A DNA stretch of 63,997 nucleotides, the filler included, from Malassezia furfur (taxonomy: Eukaryota): assembly GCA_052055015.1 (NCBI GenBank). It is 3 parts of 3 records of this genome, joined end to end, with 100 filler letters (N's around TTAATTAATTAA, not from the genome) between each part and the next. Parts side by side here need not be neighbours in the genome. Positions count along the whole stretch, not along the records: positions 1 to 24,729 come from JBQJIT010000140.1; 2 more parts are not named here. One strand, given 5' to 3'. Made by a program: the position numbers and the translations under genes. How positions within the stretch are numbered: the stretch's first letter is position 1; each line of letters opens with the position of its first letter. Positions 12,396 to 21,946 of the stretch are shown here, in pieces. The notes beneath the pieces were generated by a model that was given only the letters and a program-made list of their open reading frames with translations, had not been told where the DNA came from and did not search any database.

Positions 12396-12842
12396 TCATG
12401 TTTTCCTTTTAAGCTTGTAACCTGACGACTGTGGATTTTGTGCTTGTGTTTTGGCTTCCTCCGGACGCGCCGCATCCTCGGCAGCCTCGTTCATCTTGAG
12501 TGCAATACTCCGCTGATGTGTTGCGCTGCTCGTACTAAACATCCTGTCGTCGTTAGAAATGGAGCTCGAGGCAGGCGGTGCGCGCGTATTCCCCGAACCC
12601 AATGTAGCAGCCTTCATGTAGGAATCAAATCCCCGGATCACATTCCCACCGCTGAGTGCTGTGCTGTTCAAATAGGACCCCTCGTAGAGGTAGATTTGGG
12701 ATTCCAAGTCAGTCAAGTCCTGGTCTGTCTGACGCTTTCGCGCAAGGCCTTCTTTCAACTGCGCTTTGATCGCATCATAGCGCTCGTTGGCTTCGTCTAA
12801 GGAACCGCGCACAGCGGGGTCGCCAGCGGGGGCCGGCGTCAT
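12396..12842 (-). CDS. EAF6: NuA4/NuA3 histone acetyltransferase subunit Eaf6
   Basis: LKEGLARKRQTDQDLTDLESQIYLYEGSYL...GGNVIRGFDSYMK...DDRMFSTSSAT; ATG at 12842. Confidence 0.88.
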   Translation of the reverse strand: MTPAPAGDPAVRGSLDEANERYDAIKAQLKEGLARKRQTDQDLTDLESQIYLYEGSYLNSTALSGGNVIRGFDSYMKAATLGSGNTRAPPASSSISNDDRMFSTSSATHQRSIALKMNEAAEDAARPEEAKTQAQNPQSSGYKLKRKT

Positions 12843-12959
12843 GCGATGGATAGTGGAGGTGGAAGGCTTCGCCGCACCGTCTACGGCGTCCGGGGTGTAT
12901 ACCAACCGACACCGAGCGATCCACCTACGTCGAGAGCCAGCTCCTCCTTCTTTGCAGAC

Positions 12960-13775
12960 ATGGACCCCTTTCAGGTCCGCATGGAGTTCTTGGAGCTCTT
13001 GAAGCGCCTGAACGCGAGTGAGCAGTCCATACGAAATATTGTCGCATTCGCGTTGCAATACGCGACGCGGTGCCCGGACGACATTTGGGCCTGTGTCATG
13101 ACAGAATGTCGTAAGGCTCCATCCAACACGCGTATCAACGTCCTGTTTATGTTGGACTCATTTCTTGCTGACGATTTCGAGACGAATCCTGAAGAAGTTG
13201 CGGTCTACCGGACCTTGGCGACGCGTGACCTACCTGCCATCATCGACATGGTGGTACCACCCGACAGTTGGGACGCAGTGTTGAACATCACAAGCACACG
13301 ACAGGTACGCCGAGTCCTTAACCATTAGATTCTCGCATCTTGGGAATCCAAGCGGATATTTGATCCCAGCCTACTGGCGCCGCTCATGGAGACGATCGAG
13401 CAGCGCGCGAAGAGCGTCCGTGACCGCGGTCAGCAGAGCGACATGGTCGATGCCACACGTATTTCGCGAGCAGATGTGCTGCGACGGATCGAAGAGGATC
13501 GCGAGCGTGTACGTTTCGCGAGTGACTGACCGCAGCACAAGCGCCTACGTGAAAACAGCTGGAAACTCCCCCCCATGTCTTACCTCCATGCCCTTGACGA
13601 TCCACCATCTAATGCATCTTCAGAAACAGGTGTAGCATCTATGGATGCTGTGACGCTCGAATTTGAACAACACTGGGACAACACCAGTGACCTGAACGAA
13701 GATGACCTCGACTACATGCGGGAACAGTCTGCCCATTGGTGGGGCAGCGAGCTTGAACCTTCAGCGGCTTCATGA
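12960..13775 (+). CDS. CTK3: CTD kinase I gamma subunit, 3 exons
   Basis: Starts MDPFQVRMEFLELLKRLNASEQSI; introns 13305-13328 and 13509-13535 restore RIEEDRERHKRLRE. Confidence 0.88.
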
Positions 13776-13961
13776 GAGCCAGAAATACCCATTAGAACAT
13801 GGTCGTCTGCGCTCATGTCGTAGCGACTCGTACGTTGAAATACCCTTCCACACTGCGAAGCGAGCATCCTCGCACCGAAGGCATCGATTACGTCATGCCT
13901 TGCCCGAGTGGAGCTAGTACGCAGCGTCGATCGTTGAGAACAAGTGGCCTGCAGCAGCACC

Positions 13962-15171
13962 ATGGCCGACGCTCGTCCGTTGCAAAGACTTACTTCCCTG
14001 CAAGGTAAGCAGGACGTTTAACTGTACGCTAACGTCAAGGACACGCTGAAGCGGCCTGGTTTGTGGCGTGGAACCCGAAATACCCCCTCTTGGCCTCCTG
14101 CTCTACCGACCGCGACGTGCGACTCCACTCGTACGCGTCGTTGACGTCAGGGGTCACCCATGAAGATCAGGTTGTGTTTTCTCTTCGTGAGGTCATCCCA
14201 ACTGGTCACAAACGCACGGTCCGCCAAGTGGCTTGGTCGCCCTCAGGGGACATTCTGGCCACAGCCTCCTTTGACTGCACGGTGGGCATCTGGGAGCGCA
14301 TCCCCGAGGACATGCGTGGTGAGGGGTCCAATGAACCTGAATGGGACTGTTCAGGAACGCTAGAAGGCCATGACAGCGAGTGCAAGAGTGTCGCATTCAA
14401 CCATAACGGGACGCTCCTCGCGAGCTGCAGTCGGGACAAAAGTGTATGGATCTGGGAGGTGCAGCCAGATTCAGAATTCGAGTGCTTGAGCGTCATGATG
14501 GAGCATTCGCAGGATGTCAAGATGGTGGCATGGCATCCGAAAGAAGAGGTATGTTACTGTAACTGACCCAGATCCTTGCGAGCGCGTCCTACGATGATAC
14601 CATCAAACTATATGTGGACGATCCGTCGGAAGATTGGTTCTGCTACACGACACTTTCGGGGCATACCTCGACCGTGTGGGCGATGGCATTCTCTCCATGC
14701 GGCACCTACCTAGCGTCTGCCTCGGATGACAACACGATCCGTATTTGGCGGCGATTCACGGCACAAGAATGTGCAGAAAAAAACCTGGTGCCTGATGGCA
14801 AAGTGCCCGGGCGAGCGGGCGATAAGTGGTTGGAAGTGCTGCGCGTCGAAGGGCATTTCTCGCGCACCATTTACACACTTAGCTGGGCAATGGGTGATCC
14901 GGACAATGCAGTGCAGCGGTTTGGTAAACTCGCTGCGGCCGGCGCAGATGGCAAAATTTGTGTATTCTCGGTGGGCGAGAATGCCGAAAATCCGATCCGG
15001 CCGACCGTCACACTATCGGCCGTCGTGGAAGACGCGCATGGTGTGAGCGATATTAATTGTGTCGCTTGGGCACCGCCGCAGTACTGTGGTGGCAACTCTG
15101 AGGGGCCTCTGCAGGCACCCACCATGCTCGCCAGCGCCGGAGACGACGGGGCCATCCACATCTGGACGTAG
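13962..15171 (+). CDS. CIA1: Cytosolic Fe-S assembly WD40 protein Cia1, 3 exons
   Basis: Introns 14005-14039 and 14549-14571; motifs GHKRTVRQVAWSP, LEGHDSECKSVAF, LASCSRDKSVWIWE, EHSQDVKMVAWHP, ILASASYDDTIKLY. Confidence 0.93.
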
Positions 15172-15202
15172 ATCCTCCATACCTCCACATACGTCTCACG
15201 CC

Positions 15203-16126
15203 ATGCCGAACCTACCTGGCGGGGAAGCCGGTGTACGTACGCTGTTGCGTGCTGCGCTTCCACATGTGCCGAGCAAAGGGTTTTCTCTGGCAGCCGTACG
15301 GGAGGCTGCTGAGCAGAGTGATCGTTTTGCAGGCCACATTGACCGGCTGACCATGGAGCGTGCGCTGGAGCGTCTCTTTCCGGGAGAAGACACGGCGCCC
15401 ACCGCTGCTCCGCGGCGTCTCTTCCAAGTGTGGGATGACGACGCATGCGCAAAGATGGTAACACAAGGCGGTTCGCACGACGCGCAGGTCCCCTACCAAG
15501 ATGCAGTCCAAAATGCGATTGGTTTGTTGCGTGATCGCCTTCACACAAGTGCAGCCGTTCGGCCACACTTGATGCCTGTACGTTTTGCCGGAATCTGACC
15601 GTGTCAGATCTTTGGGTTGCTATCGAGCGACACGCTGGTATCTGTGCCTCATTTGTTGCATAAGGTGGGGCTGTCATCAAGGGCATTACCTTGGTCGGGT
15701 GCTGTGCCCACGCCCTTGCCTCTCTCTACGCGTGCGAGTCACATTGCCAATGAGGCATGCTTCGCGGCGGGGGTCACAGGCCACCACGGGGTACGTTGCG
15801 CCTACTTATTGTGTTACAGCCTGAATGGTATGCCCTCCGTGCGCGTCTTGCACAAGCCTATGGATCTGCAGGTGGGTAACGCCGTCCACTAACGCGTTCC
15901 AGAACTCGTCCTGGCAGCAGAGCCGAACATTTCGCCCGAAGCCTGTGCAGCGCTTCTGACACGGATCGCTGAAACCCCTAGTCTATATGATGCAGCCCGC
16001 GGCGCATCCAAGGGGCTAGGCCAATGGATTGAATGGGGTGGTCGCGGCTGGCTTGGTACGTACGGCGCAGCTTCTTGGCACGATGCTAATACTCCGGCAG
16101 GTATCTTGCGCAGTTGGGGCTACTGA
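15203..16126 (+). CDS. COQ9: Ubiquinone biosynthesis protein Coq9-like, probably 5 exons
   Basis: LLRAALPHVPSKGFS N-terminal motif; introns 15578-15607, 15791-15819, 15872-15902 and (in-frame) 16056-16100 give EWYALRARLAQAYGSAEL and a WLGILRSWGY* end. Divergent sequence. Confidence 0.7.
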
Positions 16127-16377
16127 TCTATATTTGAAAAAAGACGCGTAGGAGGGGCTGTGCACGGGGCAGATTTCCCCGGCAGGCACGCACGCGGTCG
16201 GTGTGCACGGCGTGCCAAGAGTCACGTGGATACGGGCTGTTCGTAGATAGACAGGGCACACCCCTCACGCCGTCGACGCCATTGTGAATTGCAGCCCTCG
16301 CATGTGCGTGGCGCGCGAGTAAAGGTTGGAGAGGTTGCAAGGTGTCTACAAACGAGACGACCATAACCAGTTTGCGG

Positions 16378-19300
16378 ATGCAGACGAACACAGACGCAGT
16401 GGCGTCAGTGGGCCGTACTGAAGATGGGGGGAGTTTGGCCCCTCCCATTACCCAAGTTCATTTGGGCAGCCTCGGTCCGGACGTGCACCAGACCGAGTTT
16501 GGATCGAAGAGGGTTGCCTCCGACAGCCCCTACCTCTCCCAAGGCGAGACTGAATCTCGCCGCACCCCCTCTCACATGGAAGATGACCACAAACACGACT
16601 CACTTCCAGCGGAATCGCCGACAGAACCGTCCGCTAACAAGGAGCGTGATGACGCTGCCGCCGGACAGGGTATCGTGGGCGAACACATGGTTCGCGCTGG
16701 CACGACACTTACGGCGCGTACCGCTGGGGAGACCCCGAACAATGGCTTCTTCCAGCGCATCAAGTGCTGGTTCAAGGGCGATTCTGCTCCATTAGAGCAG
16801 GACCGCATGAAGAAGGAGCTGGAGGAGAAGCTATGGAAGAACCCTGCGCCGTTTCAGTTCAAGCCAGGACAGTTGTGCTCACTTATTGATCCCGAGAACG
16901 TCGAGGAGCTGCGGTCCATGGGCGGTCTTTCTGGGCTGCTGGCCGGCCTAGGGACCAGCAAAGACTCGGGGCTTGTGCCTGACACAGCACCGCAGGCCAG
17001 TGATGATGCGCACCGTGTGAATGCGACCATTGCGGACCGCGAGCGTGTGTACGGCCGCAACTTGCTGCCGGAACGCAAGTCCAAGAGCCTTTTGACGCTT
17101 ATGTGGCTTGCATTGCAGGACAGAATCCTGATTCTGCTTATCATTGCGGCGATTGTGTCGCTTGCGCTCGGCTTTTACACCGACTTTGGACCGAATGGGC
17201 CCGAAAAGGTGGCGTGCGCCAACCCCCCGCCGGGCCAGGACCGGTGTGACCCGCCCAAGGTGGATTGGGTGGAGGGTGTTGCAATTCTGGTGGCTGTGGC
17301 GATCGTGGACCTGGTCGGCTCGCTGAACGACTGGCAGAAAGAGCGCCAGTTCCGCATGCTCGATGCCAAGAAGGAAGCGCGTGACGTGACGGTCCTGCGC
17401 AGCGGCACCAAGCACCAGATCGATGTGCGCGAGGTGTTGGTGGGTGACATTGTGTTCTTTGAGCCCGGCGAGGTCGTGCCGTTTGATGGCGTGGTGGTCG
17501 AAGGGCACAACATCCGGTGCGACGAGTCGAGCGTGACGGGTGAGTCGGACATGATCAACAAGTTGCCGTACGACGATTACGTTCGTGAGCTCGACAATGC
17601 CGACAAGCCGCTCAAGCACAAGAGCTGCTTCATGATCTCGGGCTCCAAGGTGCTTGAGGGTGTCGGCCAGTTTGTGGTGATTGCCGTGGGCCCGATGAGT
17701 TTCAACGGGAAGCTGATGATGTCACTGCGTGAGGAGCCGGAAAACACACCGCTGCAGCGCAAGCTGAACAACATGGCCGAGCTGATCGCCAAGCTGGGCA
17801 CGGCCGCGGGTCTGGTGCTCTTTACGGCGCTCATGATCCGCTTCTTTGTCAAACTGGGCCTGGACATGACGGACAGCACGCCCAATCTGACCGCCGAGCA
17901 GGGCAGCCGCTACGGGCAGCGTTTTATCAACATTTTGATCATCTCGGTGACGATCATTGTGGTGGCGGTGCCCGAAGGTCTGCCGCTCGCCGTGACACTG
18001 GCGCTGGCGTTTGCGACGCGGCGCATGTCGAACCGCAATCTGCTCGTGCGCATTTTGGGGTCCTGCGAGACGATGGCCAATGCCACGTGCGTGTGCACCG
18101 ACAAGACGGGCACCCTGACGCAGAACAAGATGAACGTCGTCGCCGGCAGCATCGGGTGTGATCTGCGCTTCCAGGACCGCGTCAAGTTTGAGGTGAACAA
18201 CACACAGTCCACCGAGACACTCATCGACATGGACGAGCTGTCGGCACGGATGCCCGACGCGCTGCGCCAGGTGTTTACCGAGTCGATCTGCATCAACTCG
18301 ACCGCGTTCATCCCCGAGCGCCGCGATGCCGTCGAGGAGGAAGAGGACCCGGTGCCGCAGCCGTGGTACATGCGTCTCTTTTCGCGGGGCAAGCCGGCCA
18401 CCGAGCCGGCCGCGGAAAAGGAGGGCGACTCGCCGTTTGTCGGCTCCAAGACCGAGACGGCGCTGCTGAGCATGGTCGCCAAGTACCACTGGGGTGACTA
18501 TGCGGCGATCCGCAAAGCCACCGAGACCGTGCAGGTGATTCCGTTTGGCTCGAAGCGCAAGGCCATGGGGGTGGTGATCAAGACGCCGAGCGGCTACCGC
18601 TTCCTGGTCAAGGGCGCGAGCGAGGTGCTCCTGGGGCACAGTACGCGCGTCGTCGAGGCGCTGTCGGGTGCCTCGGACTCGGCGCAGCTGCCCACGCGCG
18701 CGATCGACGCGGCCGAGCAAGAGGAGCTTTCGGGCCTCATCACCGAGTTTGCATCGCAATCGCTGCGCACCATCTCGCTGTGCTACCGCGACTTCCCCTC
18801 GTGGCCGCCCCCGGATGCCACGCGCGACAGCGAGGGCGAGGTCGCGTACGAGTACCTCGCGCAGGACCTCACGCTGCTGGCCGTCACCGCGATCGAGGAC
18901 CCGCTGCGCGTGGGTGTTCCGGACGCGGTGCGTGCGTGCCGCCGGGCGGGGGTGCAGGTGAAGATGTGCACGGGCGACAACATCATCACGGCGCGCTCGA
19001 TTGCCGCGCAGTGCGGCATGTTCACGCCCGGCGGGGTGGTGATCGAGGGCCCCGCATTCCGACAGCTCGACGACCACGACCTGACCGAGCTGGTGCCGCG
19101 GCTGCAGGTGCTGGCGCGCTCGAGTCCCGACGACAAGAAGCGGCTCATCGACAAGCTCAAGAGCATGGGCGAGATCGTGGCGGTGACCGGTGACGGCACC
19201 AACGATGGCCCCGCGCTCAAGTCGGCCAACGTCGGCTTTTCGATGGGCCTGTCGGGCTCCGAGGTGGCCAAGGAGGCGAGCGACATTGTGCTGCTCGACG

Positions 19301-20469
19301 ACAACTTCTCGAGCATCGTGAATGCGATCATGTGGGGCCGTTGTGTGAACGATGCGGTGCGCAAGTTTTTGCAGTTCCAGTTCACCGTGAACGTTGTGGC
19401 GGTGGTGGTCACCTTTGTCTCGGCCGTCGCGAGTGACAGCGAGAGCTCGGTGCTGACCGCCGTGCAGCTGCTGTGGCTCAACCTGATCATGGACACGTTT
19501 GCGGCGCTGGCGCTCGCCACCGACCCGGCAGACCCCGAGTCGCTGAACCGCAAGCCGGACCGCCCCACGGCACCGCTGGTCTCGACCGAGATGTGGATGC
19601 ACATTGCCGTGCAGTCTATCTACCAGATCATCGTCATCCTCGTTCTCAACTTCCGCGGCGCCGACATCCTCAACTTGGACCACACCGACCCCGTGCGCCA
19701 GCACAAGGAGGGCGTCGAACTGGGCGCACTCGTGTTTAATGTGTTTGTGTGGTGCCAGCTCTTCAATCAAATCAACGCACGCCGGCTCGACCGGAAACTC
19801 AACATCTTCCACAACATTCACCGCAACATCTGGTTCATCTTGATTCTCGCGATCGAGGTCGGTGCCCAGGTGCTCATCATCTTCAAGGGTGGCGCTACGT
19901 TTAGCGTCTCGTCCCTACCTGGCCGTGACTGGGGCATCTCGATCGTCGCGGGAATCATTTCGTGGCCGCTCGGCGTGCTGACGCGCCTGTGTCCCCCGGA
20001 ACCGATCGAGCGCGTACTGATCCGCCTCAAACTCATGCCCGACCCCAATGCCTTGCCGACGCTCTCGCACGAGGCGGAAGAGGAGGAAAAGATGACCCGG
20101 TCCAACACATACTACAGGGACTGGAACGAGCCGGCCATCGGTCGCTTGGCTGAGCAGCTCGGCGCCTTCTCGAGCATCCGCGGCGGACGCCTCCGCGCAA
20201 GCAACCTCGTGCTAAAGAGCAACAAGCGCCTAATGCGCGACCGCGACATTCATCCCAAGAGCCTTCTGGCCATCGTCCCGGCGTTTATTGGCGCCAGTGT
20301 GGGTGGTGGCTGGAAGCCGAACAACCCATTGCATCGTGCATCGCCGCACAGCGAGAAACGCCCGGTAGTATCGGCGCGTGCCTTGTTCCGCGAGGGCAAG
20401 CTGCAATTCCATCCAGACACCTCCCCCGATGACCCGTACTTTGTCGAACTAAGCGGTTCTTCCGCGTAG
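16378..20469 (+). CDS. PMC1: P-type IIB Ca2+-transporting ATPase
   Basis: TGES, VPEGLPLAVT, DKTGTLT phosphorylation site, KGASE, TGDGTNDGPAL, VQLLWLNLIMDT; first ATG at 16378. Confidence 0.95.
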   Translation: MQTNTDAVASVGRTEDGGSLAPPITQVHLGSLGPDVHQTEFGSKRVASDSPYLSQGETESRRTPSHMEDDHKHDSLPAESPTEPSANKERDDAAAGQGIVGEHMVRAGTTLTARTAGETPNNGFFQRIKCWFKGDSAPLEQDRMKKELEEKLWKNPAPFQFKPGQLCSLIDPENVEELRSMGGLSGLLAGLGTSKDSGLVPDTAPQASDDAHRVNATIADRERVYGRNLLPERKSKSLLTLMWLALQDRILILLIIAAIVSLALGFYTDFGPNGPEKVACANPPPGQDRCDPPKVDWVEGVAILVAVAIVDLVGSLNDWQKERQFRMLDAKKEARDVTVLRSGTKHQIDVREVLVGDIVFFEPGEVVPFDGVVVEGHNIRCDESSVTGESDMINKLPYDDYVRELDNADKPLKHKSCFMISGSKVLEGVGQFVVIAVGPMSFNGKLMMSLREEPENTPLQRKLNNMAELIAKLGTAAGLVLFTALMIRFFVKLGLDMTDSTPNLTAEQGSRYGQRFINILIISVTIIVVAVPEGLPLAVTLALAFATRRMSNRNLLVRILGSCETMANATCVCTDKTGTLTQNKMNVVAGSIGCDLRFQDRVKFEVNNTQSTETLIDMDELSARMPDALRQVFTESICINSTAFIPERRDAVEEEEDPVPQPWYMRLFSRGKPATEPAAEKEGDSPFVGSKTETALLSMVAKYHWGDYAAIRKATETVQVIPFGSKRKAMGVVIKTPSGYRFLVKGASEVLLGHSTRVVEALSGASDSAQLPTRAIDAAEQEELSGLITEFASQSLRTISLCYRDFPSWPPPDATRDSEGEVAYEYLAQDLTLLAVTAIEDPLRVGVPDAVRACRRAGVQVKMCTGDNIITARSIAAQCGMFTPGGVVIEGPAFRQLDDHDLTELVPRLQVLARSSPDDKKRLIDKLKSMGEIVAVTGDGTNDGPALKSANVGFSMGLSGSEVAKEASDIVLLDDNFSSIVNAIMWGRCVNDAVRKFLQFQFTVNVVAVVVTFVSAVASDSESSVLTAVQLLWLNLIMDTFAALALATDPADPESLNRKPDRPTAPLVSTEMWMHIAVQSIYQIIVILVLNFRGADILNLDHTDPVRQHKEGVELGALVFNVFVWCQLFNQINARRLDRKLNIFHNIHRNIWFILILAIEVGAQVLIIFKGGATFSVSSLPGRDWGISIVAGIISWPLGVLTRLCPPEPIERVLIRLKLMPDPNALPTLSHEAEEEEKMTRSNTYYRDWNEPAIGRLAEQLGAFSSIRGGRLRASNLVLKSNKRLMRDRDIHPKSLLAIVPAFIGASVGGGWKPNNPLHRASPHSEKRPVVSARALFREGKLQFHPDTSPDDPYFVELSGSSA

Positions 20470-20638
20470 ATTTTTTTGTATATAGGATCGATGGAATGTA
20501 CAGTGTGTGTGGCTACAAAGAAAGTAACGCGCGGGCCATGCAGTTGTCGCTGCCGCTCGCACCTCAACAGTTCGAATGAGGGTCACGGACGTACCGTACA
20601 AGGGTAGTCGTGAAAAAAAAAATTAAAAAGTAAAAAAG

Positions 20639-20734
20639 TAGTCCAACCCGGAATCGAACCGGGATCTTATCCGAGCAGCTGATGTATCATCGACTGATGT
20701 GAAGGATACGTCATAACCGTTAAACTATTGGACT
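20639..20734 (-). tRNA. tRNA-Val(CAC) with 24-nt intron, copy 1
   Basis: Acceptor AGTCCAA/TTGGACT+A, anticodon stem TATCC/GGATA with TT-CAC-A, canonical 37/38 intron, T arm CCCGG-TTCGATT-CCGGG, downstream T-run. Confidence 0.93.
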
Positions 20735-20809
20735 TTGAACCAACAAACCTCCGCGCAAAGTGCAGCTTTCCACATGAGCGTAGGGATGCGAGGAAAAGGC
20801 AAAAAAATG

Positions 20810-20905
20810 TAGTCCAACCCGGAATCGAACCGGGATCTTATCCGAGCAGCTGATGTATCAACAACTGGTGTGAAGGATACGTCATAACCGTTAAACTATT
20901 GGACT
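20810..20905 (-). tRNA. tRNA-Val(CAC) with 24-nt intron, copy 2
   Basis: Mature sequence identical to copy 1; three substitutions in the intron; own T7 terminator (A-run 20801-20807 on +). Confidence 0.93.
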
Positions 20906-20972
20906 CGACTGTTGACAACAGTCGTTGCTGGGCCTTTCATAACCCGTGCGTCTTCTCCGCGTCCAACTCGCC

Positions 20973-21911
20973 ATGGCCCCGGCGCTCCTACTGGTGTCGG
21001 ACTGGGACGAAACAATTACCTGCTGCGACACGCTCAAACTTGTCGCGCCGTCGCATGATGAGCTAAGCAATGGGACACGTCCATTCCAGCACTACGAGGA
21101 TGAATATTTCAAGGATCAACATGCGTTCAAGACTCAGTATGGGCCGCTCGACACCGAGGCGCGGCTCTTGGAGTACGTCGGCGACGTCGCGTGCGCCGAG
21201 CAGACTACCCTAGACAAGGTTGTGGATGGGGGGTTGTTCAAAGATACCAAGCATACTGACCGGCGGTCGCGTGCACACCGCGTCGAGTTCCGCGAAGGTT
21301 GGAGCGGCGTACTGGAGTACGTCCGACGCCACGTACCACCTGGCCGCGTCCATGTTCATATTGTGAGCGTGAATTGGTCGCGGCGCTTCATTCTGGATGC
21401 GCTTCTGATCCGCGACGGAAAGGAGCCAAGTGCGTGTCTCGAGGAGGACTTGCGCACCATCCGCTTTGCCGATATCCACGCGAACGAAATTGAGCAGCAT
21501 GCCGAGCACCAACGCGGCACCGGCCGCGTCGTCGGTCCCTTGCCTGGTGCACAGCCGATGCTCACGGGGATGGACAAGCGCAAGGTGCTGAAAGCCATCC
21601 AGGCACAATACCACCCATGCCCCGTGACGCTGTACGTGGGCGACAGCCTGCACGACCTGCCGTGTCTGCTGGACGCCGACGTGGGTGTGCTCATTGGCGA
21701 GCAGCCAAGCCTCTTGAGCAAGCTCGAGACGGCGCGTTGCACCACCGAGTTATTTACACTGGCGCAGTGGACCGATGCGCTGCGCGCGAGTGCGCCCCAG
21801 TGCCCGCATGGGATCGTCCGTGCGCAATCTTGGCACGACGTGCTCACCGTGATCGAAACGCTGGTTGCGACGCTGGACTGCCTCGCGGACCTACGCGAAA
21901 CGCCGTACTAA
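20973..21911 (+). CDS. HAD-superfamily hydrolase (Cto1/YCR015C-like)
   Basis: Motif I SDWDETIT, motif II VSVNWS, motif IV YVGDSLHDLPCLLDADVG. Confidence 0.8.
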   Translation: MAPALLLVSDWDETITCCDTLKLVAPSHDELSNGTRPFQHYEDEYFKDQHAFKTQYGPLDTEARLLEYVGDVACAEQTTLDKVVDGGLFKDTKHTDRRSRAHRVEFREGWSGVLEYVRRHVPPGRVHVHIVSVNWSRRFILDALLIRDGKEPSACLEEDLRTIRFADIHANEIEQHAEHQRGTGRVVGPLPGAQPMLTGMDKRKVLKAIQAQYHPCPVTLYVGDSLHDLPCLLDADVGVLIGEQPSLLSKLETARCTTELFTLAQWTDALRASAPQCPHGIVRAQSWHDVLTVIETLVATLDCLADLRETPY

Positions 21912-21946
21912 TGACCTTTGTACAATCTCCTCTCTTTTTATGAACG

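Noticed and set aside
13776..13961. Short GAAATACCC repeat between CTK3 and CIA1
   Set aside because: Only two 9-nt copies with no structure or ORF; cannot be distinguished from chance or ordinary promoter sequence.
16342..16377. GTG/TTG-initiated N-terminal extensions in the ORF track (PMC1, KGD1, ZUO1, EAF6, HRD1 and others)
   Set aside because: The DNA is eukaryotic, so I used the first plausible ATG; there is no evidence here for near-cognate starts.
20639..20905. Direct repeat with spacer resembling a CRISPR or LTR remnant
   Set aside because: Both units fold as complete intron-containing tRNA-Val genes; no cas or transposase genes nearby.
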